Assembly: GCA_041661795.1 (NCBI GenBank)
Contig: JBAZTS010000002.1
Span: 36,263-100,262, forward strand
Reading direction: 5' to 3'
Source: Minisyncoccota bacterium
GTDB lineage: Bacteria > Patescibacteriota > Minisyncoccia > UBA6257 > JAGOQP01
DNA length: 64,000 nucleotides
The notes below the pieces were generated by a model. The model was not told the DNA's origin. It made no database searches and saw nothing but the letters and a program-made list of their open reading frames with translations. The translations under genes and the position numbers were made by a program. Shown piece after piece: positions 10,079-18,362 of this stretch. The stretch's first letter is position 1. Every line of letters starts with the position of its first letter.

Positions 10079-10276
10079 GAAAAAAGTTTAAAAAAGAAAA
10101 AATTTTTAACTGTCGTGAAAGTTATCCACAGTTTTGGTTTCCATTTTGTTGTAAAATGTTCTAAAATTAGATTAGTAAAAGGTTAAAAACTTTTTCAACA
10201 TCATAGTTGAATAGTCGGCGGCTCTGGTGTTGGTAAAATTTATTTTTCTTCCATTAATCTTGGGAGAAATCATAAA

Positions 10277-10363
10277 ATGGCTAAGAAAAAAGCGGCCAAG
10301 AAAGGCAAGAAAGTTGCCAAAAAGGCCAAAAAATCAAAAAAATCAAAGAAATCAAAAAGATAA
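10277..10363 (+). CDS. 28-aa lysine-rich micro-ORF (MAKKKAAKKGKKVAKKAKKSKKSKKSKR)
   Basis: GGGAGA lies 8 nt upstream of the ATG. A clean terminator follows (aaaaccccttttggggttttt). Sits just upstream of hpf. Confidence 0.45.
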   Translation: MAKKKAAKKGKKVAKKAKKSKKSKKSKR

Positions 10364-10420
10364 ATTTTTGAACTAATTTTTAAGATTTACAAAAACCCCT
10401 TTTGGGGTTTTTGTTTTTTT

Positions 10421-10451
10421 ACCCCCACACTAATGGAATTAGTGTGGGGGT
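10421..10451. repeat. GC-clamped palindrome CCCCCACACTAAT-gga-ATTAGTGTGGGGG (family copy 1)
   Basis: 13-bp perfect arms. It ends about 9 nt before a TATACT box upstream of hpf. Related copies at 15334-15362 and 37311-37369. Confidence 0.8.
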
Positions 10452-10469
10452 TTATGGTAATATACTGGG

Positions 10470-10787
10470 ATGAAGATAATAGTAAAATCAACAGGTTTAG
10501 AGCTTTCTGAGGCGCTAAACGAATTTATAAGTATTAAGCTATCTTCTCTGTCTAAATTTATTGTAAAATTTGAGAAGAAATCAGAAGCTATTTTAAAAGT
10601 TGAAGTGGCTAGATCCACTAAGCATCGCCATAAAGGGGATGTCTATTACGTGGAGTTGTCATTAGCGCTTCCAAAAAATGATTTAAGAATAGAACAATAC
10701 GATGAAGATATAAGATCGGGAATTGATAAAGCCAAAAGAAAAATGGCTCTTGAAATAAAAAAGATTGATGACAAGCATTTTAGATAA
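10470..10787 (+). CDS. hpf: Ribosome hibernation promoting factor / RaiA family (short form)
   Basis: 105 aa; the N-terminus (MKIIVKSTGLELSEALNEFISIKL) and overall pattern are typical of HPF/YfiA. Confidence 0.85.
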   Translation: MKIIVKSTGLELSEALNEFISIKLSSLSKFIVKFEKKSEAILKVEVARSTKHRHKGDVYYVELSLALPKNDLRIEQYDEDIRSGIDKAKRKMALEIKKIDDKHFR

Positions 10788-13350
10788 AATTTTTTCTCCT
10801 CTTGGTTCTTACCGTAAGAGAGTGGTTAAGATAAATGATTTTGAAAAAGAATTGTCTTTGCTCTCTGATGAGGAAATTAAGAATAAATCTCTTAAATTAA
10901 AAGAGGGTTTTTCCGGTGATCAAGAATATCTGGAAAACAACCTTGAATTGGCTTTTGCTTTAGTTAGAGAATCCTCCAAAAGAAATTTAAAGCAAAGACA
11001 TTTTGATGTCCAGCTTATTGGAGGTTTGGCAATGTCAGATGGAAAAATAGTTGAAATGGCAACGGGAGAAGGAAAAACTTTATCAGCCACACTGCCGGCT
11101 TATCTTTATGGAATCAGTGGAAAAGGAGTTCATGTTATTACTGTCAATGATTATCTTGCCAAAAGAGACGCTGTCTGGATGGGACAGATATATGATTTTT
11201 TAGGATTAACAGTTAGTTGTTTAGTTCATGACGGGGCGTATGTGTATGATTCTAAATATACAAATGAAATTCAAAGTGAAGAAGTGGCAGATGAAAAAAG
11301 AGATGTTGTTGGGGGTTTTAAAGTAATTCAAGAGTTTTTGAAACCAATATCAAGAAGAGAGGCCTATTTGTCAGATATAGTTTATGGAACTAACCACGAG
11401 TTTGGTTTTGATTATCTTAGAGATAATTTGGCTTACAATTCTAAAAATCAGGTCCAACGAGAGCATTATTTTGCTATTATTGACGAGGTAGACAGTATTT
11501 TAATAGATGAAGCCAGAACTCCTTTGATTATTTCAGCTCCAGACGTTGAAGCGGCTCAATACTACAAGGTTTTTGCCAAAGTAGTTAGTTCTTTGGAGAT
11601 TGAAAAGGATTATACAGTTGAAGAGAAAGATAGATCGGCCGTTATGACAGATGATGGTATTGCCAAGGTGGAAAAAATGCTGAATATAGAAAATATTTAT
11701 GATGCTCAATCTGCTTCCCTAGTTCACTATCTTGAAGAATCTTTAAAAGCCAAAGCTCTTTTTAGAAGAGACAGGCATTATGTTGTTAAATCCACTCCTT
11801 CTGGCGAGGGAGAAATTATTATAGTTGATGAATTTACCGGTCGCTTAATGCATGGAAGAAGGTATTCTGGGGGACTTCACCAGGCCATTGAAGCCAAAGA
11901 GGGGGTGAGAATTCAAGAGGAATCAAAAACGTTTGCTCAAATAACTATACAAAATTATTTTCGTCTTTATGAAAAAATAAGCGGAATGACGGGAACCGCC
12001 AAAACCAGCGCTGAAGAATTTAGGAAGGTTTACGGATTGGAAGTTGCTGTTATTCCATCCAATAAGCCCAGAGTAAGAAACGATAAATCGGATTTGATTT
12101 TCAAAACAAAAGAATCCAAATATCAGGCCATCGTGGGTGCTATAAAAGAAATGGTTGAAAAAGGCCAACCGGTTTTAGTTGGCACAACATCAATAGATGA
12201 GAACGAACTTTTATCCTCATATTTTTCCAATGCGGGAATAAAACATGAAGTGCTTAATGCCAAAAACCACGAAAGAGAGGGAGAAATAATTGCTCAGGCC
12301 GGAAGGTCGGAAGGCGTAACTTTAGCCACCAACATGGCTGGAAGAGGAGTGGATATAGTTTTAGGAGGAAATCCTCAAGATGTTTTGGATGCGCAAAAAG
12401 TTAAAGATGCCGGAGGACTTTTTGTTTTAGGAACTCAAAGAAATGAAGCCAGAAGAGTTGATAATCAGTTAAGAGGGCGCTCGGGAAGACAGGGGGATCC
12501 CGGAGAAACACAATTTTTTCTTTCTTTGGAGGATGATATGTTAAGAATTTTTGGAGGAGACAGAATCAAGTCAATGATGAATAGAATGAATATGCCCGAT
12601 GACGTTCCCATAGAATCATCTTTAATCGGAAAAGTAGTGGACGAAGCCCAAAAGAAAGTTGAAGGAATGAATTTTGATATCAGAAAACACCTGTTGGAAT
12701 ATGACGATGTTTTAAACAAACAAAGAAAAGCTGTTTATAGGAAAAGACAAAATATCTTAGAAAGGTTAGAAAAAGGGGAGTTGGAAGATGTTTTAAAAGA
12801 ATTGATTTTAGACGTCCTTAAATTTATTTTTTCAAATCCAACCAAGGATTTGGATTCTATAAAACAATGGTTTGAAGAAGTCGGGTTGGTTAGTAAAGAA
12901 GAAAAAGACAGTTTTAACGTTGAACAAGTGGAAAGCTCAATAAATCAGGGAGTGTTGGATGAATTTATTCTATCTAAAATAAATAACGTCTGTCAGGACC
13001 CGCAAGTTGGATTAAAAATACTTGGGTCCTTGGACGGGTTTTGGACTAATCACTTGGAAAATCTGGAGGCCTTATTGGAATCGGTAAGGATGAGAGCTTA
13101 TGGTCAAAAGGACCCACTGGTTGAATATAAAAGAGAAGGCCATCAGCTTTTTAAGGATTTAATAATTAACGCTCAAGTTTGGGTTGTCTCTAATGTTTTT
13201 AAGGAAATTCAAATCAATCCCAACAAAAATGTTTCTCAGAAATCTTTAGATACGATATACGATATACGAAATACGGATTCCAAATTAGGCCGTAATGACC
13301 CTTGTTATTGCGGAAGCGGTAAAAAATATAAAAAGTGCCATGGAAAATAA
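10765..13350 (+). CDS. secA: Preprotein translocase ATPase SecA
   Basis: MATGEGKTL Walker A, IIDEVDSILIDEARTPLIIS, TNMAGRGVDI, and the C-terminal zinc motif CYCGSGKKYKKCHG. Confidence 0.97.
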   Translation: MMTSILDKIFSPLGSYRKRVVKINDFEKELSLLSDEEIKNKSLKLKEGFSGDQEYLENNLELAFALVRESSKRNLKQRHFDVQLIGGLAMSDGKIVEMATGEGKTLSATLPAYLYGISGKGVHVITVNDYLAKRDAVWMGQIYDFLGLTVSCLVHDGAYVYDSKYTNEIQSEEVADEKRDVVGGFKVIQEFLKPISRREAYLSDIVYGTNHEFGFDYLRDNLAYNSKNQVQREHYFAIIDEVDSILIDEARTPLIISAPDVEAAQYYKVFAKVVSSLEIEKDYTVEEKDRSAVMTDDGIAKVEKMLNIENIYDAQSASLVHYLEESLKAKALFRRDRHYVVKSTPSGEGEIIIVDEFTGRLMHGRRYSGGLHQAIEAKEGVRIQEESKTFAQITIQNYFRLYEKISGMTGTAKTSAEEFRKVYGLEVAVIPSNKPRVRNDKSDLIFKTKESKYQAIVGAIKEMVEKGQPVLVGTTSIDENELLSSYFSNAGIKHEVLNAKNHEREGEIIAQAGRSEGVTLATNMAGRGVDIVLGGNPQDVLDAQKVKDAGGLFVLGTQRNEARRVDNQLRGRSGRQGDPGETQFFLSLEDDMLRIFGGDRIKSMMNRMNMPDDVPIESSLIGKVVDEAQKKVEGMNFDIRKHLLEYDDVLNKQRKAVYRKRQNILERLEKGELEDVLKELILDVLKFIFSNPTKDLDSIKQWFEEVGLVSKEEKDSFNVEQVESSINQGVLDEFILSKINNVCQDPQVGLKILGSLDGFWTNHLENLEALLESVRMRAYGQKDPLVEYKREGHQLFKDLIINAQVWVVSNVFKEIQINPNKNVSQKSLDTIYDIRNTDSKLGRNDPCYCGSGKKYKKCHGK

Positions 13351-13354
13351 AAAC

Positions 13355-13376
13355 CCCGACACTGTCGGGATTTTTA
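13355..13376. terminator. Bidirectional intrinsic terminator between secA and the convergent pilin-like gene
   Basis: cccgac-act-gtcggg stem with an A-run before and a T-run after. Confidence 0.7.
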
Positions 13377-13387
13377 TTGATAGAATA

Positions 13388-15280
13388 TTATTGTTCTATA
13401 CAGTAAAGTCTATTAGTCAAGTTGCATGCCTCAATACCAGTGTAAGCCCAGCCACCGATAGCAGTGTTGGTGTATCCATAAGCTCCGTATCCACCCGCAG
13501 AGTTAGTTGTCCAGTTTGAACAGTCACTTGCCCCCTTGTAAAGTCCGGTAAAATCAAAATCTGTCCATACATAATCATTAACAAGAGTTCCATTTTCATC
13601 ATACTCTACTTTATTCATTAGATAATTTGTGCCATCAAATCTTACCCACGGCATTACGTATGGAGAAGTTGTTGTTGCCAAGCTAGAATCGGCGACAACA
13701 TAACCACCCATATTAATTAAACGTATCCAGTTATATCCTATTGTTGTTATTGGTTCTACGGTTGTACTGTATTGTCCAATAATTGCCTCCCACGTTCCGC
13801 CTAAGCTAGCAGCGTTTGCTCGTGCCTGACACTTAGCATGAGCTCCAGAAACTCCACCAAGATTTCCGTCATATAGAGCGGATGTTACAAATACTCTTTT
13901 TGTGAGAGTTGTTGTTGCCGATCCAGAAGCAACAGCCGCGTCAACATAGGCCTTTGTAGTGGCATCGGAATCAGCTGTGGGAGCAGCTAAGTTGGTTAGT
14001 TTGTATGTCGGCGTTGCACCAGTAAGTTTTATATTACCTTTAACTTCAAGCGCTTCTGTTGGAAGAGTTGAAGAAGATAATCCTATCCCAACTTTTGAAT
14101 TAGTTAAGTCCAAAGTCAGTGTTGATGTATCGGATAAAACTTGATAACCGGCAATACAAGGATTTCCAAGACAGATGTCATCTGTAAGAAGAAATTGAAC
14201 ATTTTTTCTACCATAAAATATCATATCATTAAGGGAACTTACTGCCGAAGATGCTCTGCCAAACCACCCTACCGCATAACCTTCATCATCTTCATTGCCA
14301 AAAGAACTTTTTGCTCTACTGGATGAGAATCCATATTGTGGTTCCGATGATACTCCTTCTGCCCACCAATATCCAAAATTATAAGGAGCTCTTGCAGACA
14401 AAACTGATCCGGCCACATCCAGTTTCGCTTTATATGCTGCTGACGTTGATGTTCCTATAACAACTTTATCTCCACTATTACCAACGGTAAAAACAGAAGT
14501 GCTTGAAGCTTTTATTCCCCCTGCGGTTTCTAAACTATAAGACGGAGCTGTTGTGCCTATTCCCACATTTCCTTGCACAATAAGTCCGTTTGAAGGAGCT
14601 GTGCTAGCTCCGGCATATGAAGACCCGATAGCCGCGCCTCCTGCTACGTCCAATTTATTTATTAAAGTTGAAACCCCTATCCCAACGTTTCCGGAAAATG
14701 CAGCGTTCTTCCATCTGGTTGGATTTATTCCAACAGAATATGAGTTGTCCGTTCCGGGAAGCAAATCGGAATCAAATGTCGCTGCCGAAGCTCTGGAAAC
14801 AGCTGATCTCAAACTTCTTGTTACGTTATTTCCTCCAACGTCTTGAGCAGATGATAAAGCCAAATCAATTTGAACCACGTCTTTTCCGGGATATTGAGTT
14901 AACTTCTTAAATTCTAAAGAATCAACCACCACTTTTTCATTAGTAAGCGCTTGAGCTGAATTATTTCCTTCTCTTATGTAAATTTGTCCTCCAGAAAGAT
15001 AAATTGTGGATGTGGTCGTATCTTTCATTCTTAGAACTAAGGAATCAGTGCTGGCTCCCGCTCCTATTTCTATTACGCTGGACTCTTTAACTAATCTTTG
15101 AATGGTATTCATCACAAAATTCAATTGACCCGATAACTCATTTTCAGCAGATTGCTCGACTTGGGTTTTTGTTACCGTTGTCATTATGCCAGTAATAATT
15201 CCTGTAGATATTGCCAAAATACCCACATAAATAAGCACCTCGGTTAAAGTAAAACCTTTGTTTTGTTTGTAGATTCTCAT
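13388..15280 (-). CDS. Giant type IV pilin-like protein with C-terminal DUF1554-like Cys-containing domain
   Basis: Prepilin N-terminus KGFTLTEVLIYVGILAISTG (G-1, F+1, E+5). C-terminus FVTSALYDGNLGGVSGAHAKCQ...RLYCIEQ resembles DUF1554. Confidence 0.75.
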   Translation of the reverse strand: MRIYKQNKGFTLTEVLIYVGILAISTGIITGIMTTVTKTQVEQSAENELSGQLNFVMNTIQRLVKESSVIEIGAGASTDSLVLRMKDTTTSTIYLSGGQIYIREGNNSAQALTNEKVVVDSLEFKKLTQYPGKDVVQIDLALSSAQDVGGNNVTRSLRSAVSRASAATFDSDLLPGTDNSYSVGINPTRWKNAAFSGNVGIGVSTLINKLDVAGGAAIGSSYAGASTAPSNGLIVQGNVGIGTTAPSYSLETAGGIKASSTSVFTVGNSGDKVVIGTSTSAAYKAKLDVAGSVLSARAPYNFGYWWAEGVSSEPQYGFSSSRAKSSFGNEDDEGYAVGWFGRASSAVSSLNDMIFYGRKNVQFLLTDDICLGNPCIAGYQVLSDTSTLTLDLTNSKVGIGLSSSTLPTEALEVKGNIKLTGATPTYKLTNLAAPTADSDATTKAYVDAAVASGSATTTLTKRVFVTSALYDGNLGGVSGAHAKCQARANAASLGGTWEAIIGQYSTTVEPITTIGYNWIRLINMGGYVVADSSLATTTSPYVMPWVRFDGTNYLMNKVEYDENGTLVNDYVWTDFDFTGLYKGASDCSNWTTNSAGGYGAYGYTNTAIGGWAYTGIEACNLTNRLYCIEQ

Positions 15281-15333
15281 ATGAGATTATTATATCACAA
15301 TGGTGATTTTTATTCACTAAGATTGTGGATAAA

Positions 15334-15362
15334 TCCCCACACTAATTCTATTAGTGTGGGGA
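15334..15362. repeat. GC-clamped palindrome TCCCCACACTAAT-tct-ATTAGTGTGGGGA (family copy 2)
   Basis: 13-bp perfect arms between the lepB-like stop and the pilin-like start. Adjacent to a TGTGGATAA box at 15324-15332. Confidence 0.8.
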
Positions 15363-15367
15363 TAAAC

Positions 15368-15973
15368 TTACCAGACAACCTTGCCTATGATGTTTTCTTT
15401 GGGTATTAAACCAAATCTGGTGCTATCCAAACTTCCTTCCGGAATGTTTCCTAAAATCAAAAAAGTGTCTTTTGGAATAATGGGATAATCTTTGGTATAC
15501 AACTTGAGCATGGCAGATTTTTGAGTAGATAAAACATAAGGAATAGATTGCTGGTTTCTCAATACTTTTTCGTTAACTATTATTTGATATCCGCTGTTTA
15601 TTTTTTTTAAGTTCCAAGAATCTCCATCTATGGCTTTTACTGTTTTTATGAGCGGTTCAGGATTGCCTGCATATTTGTATATGACAATATCATCTCTTTT
15701 GACTGGATTACACTTATAATATCCTTCCAAAACTTTTATTTTAGTTCCCGACTCTATTAATCCGCTCATGGAAGAACCAACTACGATGTCTTCTTTTTCG
15801 TCGTACGCGCAAGAAGAATTATTGGCAGAAACTATTTGTTTATCAGGGTGTTGGTTAATCTGAATCAGCTGGTCCGTGTTGCTTGATATGTTGAAAATAA
15901 TAATCAACAAAAAAATAACCGAGACGAGAACAAATATTTTGAATGTTTTTTTAAAAATCTTTGAATTTATCAT
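15368..15973 (-). CDS. lepB: Signal peptidase I-like S26 family serine peptidase
   Basis: GSSMSGLI (Ser box), RDDIVIYKY, IKTVKAIDGD, and LILGNIPEGSLDSTRFGLIPKENIIGKV (the GDN..S.DSR box). Divergent from lepA. Confidence 0.7.
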   Translation of the reverse strand: MINSKIFKKTFKIFVLVSVIFLLIIIFNISSNTDQLIQINQHPDKQIVSANNSSCAYDEKEDIVVGSSMSGLIESGTKIKVLEGYYKCNPVKRDDIVIYKYAGNPEPLIKTVKAIDGDSWNLKKINSGYQIIVNEKVLRNQQSIPYVLSTQKSAMLKLYTKDYPIIPKDTFLILGNIPEGSLDSTRFGLIPKENIIGKVVW

Positions 15974-16012
15974 AAATTGAACTTGATGCCTATTTAAATT
16001 ATACTTCTTTGT

Positions 16013-18334
16013 ATGTTAAGCGACAATATACGCAATTTTTGTATTATAGCCCACATAGATCACGGCAAATCTACATTGGCTGATAGGTTGCTTGAAATTA
16101 CAGGAACTATAGATAAGAGGAAGATGAAGAACCAATATCTTGATCAATTGGAATTGGAAAGAGAAAGAGGGATAACTATCAAAATGGCTCCTGTCCGCAT
16201 GCTCTATGCGCTGACTAACGCCGACTCTACGCCGACTGACGCAGACAATAAGAAATTAGATAATGCGAGTAGTCAATTATTGTATGAAGATTTAACCTAT
16301 AAAATAAGAGGAGTGTTGTTTGGCGTAAAGAAAAAAATAGGACTTGGTCATAAAGAAGTTATTTACCAAAAGGCCATAGAAGAAGAATTGACAAAAGAGA
16401 ACATACCTTTTGAAAAAGAAAAAATAATTAATATAGAACTTGATAATAAAAGTCTTGGCGTATACAGACCAGATTTTGTTATTGATAATAAAATTATATT
16501 AGAGATAAAATCTTTGCCTTTTATTGGAGATGTTGAGAAAAGGCAAGTTTGGACATATCTTAAGGGATCAGAATATAAATTGGCTTTATTAGTCAATTTC
16601 AATTCTAGAGATATTGATATTAAAAGAGTTGTGTATGATACAGCCAGAGAAATTCAGCGTGAGTCAGCGTTTAGTCAGCGTAAGTCGGCGCAGGTTGAGC
16701 AGTATGTGCTCAACCTGATAGACACTCCCGGGCATCCGGATTTTGGTTATGAAGTTTCCAGAGCTTTGGAAGCGGTTGAGGGGGCAATTTTGTTGGTTGA
16801 TGGAATGCAAGGAATACAAGCACAAACGTTATCTAATTTTTATGCTGCCAAAAAAGCCGGACTTACAATTATTGGCGCGGTTAACAAAGTGGATTTAAAT
16901 ATTCCTGACATAGATAAAGTTGTAATGGAAACAGCGGAGCTAATTGGTTGTGGGCCAGAACAAATTCATAAAATATCAGGAAGAACAGGAGAGGGAGTTC
17001 AACAGCTTTTGGGAGCAGTTATTCTTAGAATCCTACCTCCAAAAGCTGTAATTCCCAATTTCCAATTCCCAATTTCCAATTTTGGAAGGGCATTAATATT
17101 TGATTCTTTTTATGACGACCACAAAGGAATTATAGCCAGTGTCAGGGTATTTAATGGAGAATTTAATCAGTTTGATGATGTGGTTTTGGTGGCTGCTAAA
17201 GAAAAATTTAAAACAAAAGAAGTCGGATATTTTTCTCCGACCCTAAATCCTTCAAAAAGAATTTTAGAGGGAGAGATAGGTTATTTGGTTACCGGGATAA
17301 GAGACCCGTATAAAATAAAAATCGGTGACACGGTAATAGGTCACAAATCACAAGTCGCGCATCACGAATCGTATGCTTTGCCCGGATACAAAGAACCAAA
17401 GCCGGTGGTGTTTGTTTCTTTCTATCCAGACAATCCGGATGAATATGATGATTTAAAAAAATCTTTGGAAAGATTAAAGCTTAACGACTCTTCTTTTGCT
17501 TTTGAGCCGGATTTAAATGAAGTGTTGGGCAGGGGATTTAAAGGAGGATTTTTGGGAAAGCTTCATTTTGAAATAATTTCTCAGCGTCTTGAAAGAGAGT
17601 TTGGAATAAAAACAATCACATCTTTTCCTTCGGTCAGTTATAAAATAAAAACTTCTTCCAAACACTTAGCTCATCTAAAATTGGACGAAGATGGATTTTT
17701 CATAGCGTATAATCCCAAAGATATTCCTGAAGAATTTGAAAAGATATTAGAACCGATGATAAAAGTTGAAATTGTTTCATCACAAAAAATATTGGGAACA
17801 GTTTTGGGACTTAAAGATGCTTTTCGTTGGGAATACATAGAGACCCAACAATTGGGAGAAAAAGTTATTATTAAAACCAGAATGCCCTTGGCTGAGCTTA
17901 TCTCGGATTTTGACGACCAGTTAAAATCGGTTTCAGGTGGATTTGCTTCTTTTAGTTATGAAGAAGACGGCTATCAACAGGGCGATTTAATTAGGATGGA
18001 TATTTTAGTGGCAGACGAAATAGTTCCTGGGCTTTCTAGAATTCTTCCCAAAAAAGACATAGAATATCCGGCCAGGAAAATGGTTGTTCGCTTAAAGGAA
18101 GTATTGCCTCATCAGCAATTTACCCAAGCTATTCAAGCCAAAGTCGGAGGGAGAATTATAGCCAGAGAAACTATTGCGGCTTTAAGAAAAGATGTGACCG
18201 GATATCTTTATGGAGGAGACAGAACAAGAAAAATGAAACTTTGGAAAAAACAGCAAAGAGGCAAAAAGAAACTTCTTTCTATGGCCAAAGTGACCATATC
18301 TCCAGAAAACTTCAAGAAACTTCTTTCAAAATAA
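16013..18334 (+). CDS. lepA: Elongation factor 4 (LepA) interrupted in frame by a 162-codon nuclease cassette
   Basis: IIAHIDHGKSTLADRLL, RERGITIK, LIDTPGHPDF, NKVD and the C-terminal LepA domain (YGGDRTRKMKLWKKQQRGKKK). 773 aa versus about 600 aa for canonical LepA. Confidence 0.95.
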   Translation: MLSDNIRNFCIIAHIDHGKSTLADRLLEITGTIDKRKMKNQYLDQLELERERGITIKMAPVRMLYALTNADSTPTDADNKKLDNASSQLLYEDLTYKIRGVLFGVKKKIGLGHKEVIYQKAIEEELTKENIPFEKEKIINIELDNKSLGVYRPDFVIDNKIILEIKSLPFIGDVEKRQVWTYLKGSEYKLALLVNFNSRDIDIKRVVYDTAREIQRESAFSQRKSAQVEQYVLNLIDTPGHPDFGYEVSRALEAVEGAILLVDGMQGIQAQTLSNFYAAKKAGLTIIGAVNKVDLNIPDIDKVVMETAELIGCGPEQIHKISGRTGEGVQQLLGAVILRILPPKAVIPNFQFPISNFGRALIFDSFYDDHKGIIASVRVFNGEFNQFDDVVLVAAKEKFKTKEVGYFSPTLNPSKRILEGEIGYLVTGIRDPYKIKIGDTVIGHKSQVAHHESYALPGYKEPKPVVFVSFYPDNPDEYDDLKKSLERLKLNDSSFAFEPDLNEVLGRGFKGGFLGKLHFEIISQRLEREFGIKTITSFPSVSYKIKTSSKHLAHLKLDEDGFFIAYNPKDIPEEFEKILEPMIKVEIVSSQKILGTVLGLKDAFRWEYIETQQLGEKVIIKTRMPLAELISDFDDQLKSVSGGFASFSYEEDGYQQGDLIRMDILVADEIVPGLSRILPKKDIEYPARKMVVRLKEVLPHQQFTQAIQAKVGGRIIARETIAALRKDVTGYLYGGDRTRKMKLWKKQQRGKKKLLSMAKVTISPENFKKLLSK
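16208..16693 (+). mobile_element. In-frame cassette encoding a GxxExxY / PD-(D/E)XK nuclease domain, flanked by imperfect inverted word-repeat arms
   Basis: Arms 16208-16246 (gcgctgactaacgccgactctacgccgactgacgcagac) and 16655-16693 (cagcgtgagtcagcgtttagtcagcgtaagtcggcgcag) are about 80% complementary. Cargo carries GHKEVIY and PDFVI...LEIK. No stop and no in-frame ATG. Confidence 0.7.
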
Positions 18335-18362
18335 TTTTTATTTGTGTCTTTTTTTAAATAAG

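Noticed and set aside
10122-10130. A perfect DnaA box TTATCCACA here, and its complement TGTGGATAA at 15324-15332, as evidence for oriC.
   Set aside because: These are single isolated boxes 5 kb apart. I saw no box cluster, no adjacent AT-rich unwinding element, and no dnaA or dnaN nearby. They are more likely chance or regulatory sites.
16208-16693. An intein, or a group I/II intron, as the explanation for the lepA insertion.
   Set aside because: - There is no Cys/Ser/Thr at the N-terminal junction with a His-Asn plus nucleophile at the C-terminal junction, and no Hint or LAGLIDADG blocks.
- I recognised no intron core motifs.
- The cargo matches a PD-(D/E)XK GxxExxY domain instead.
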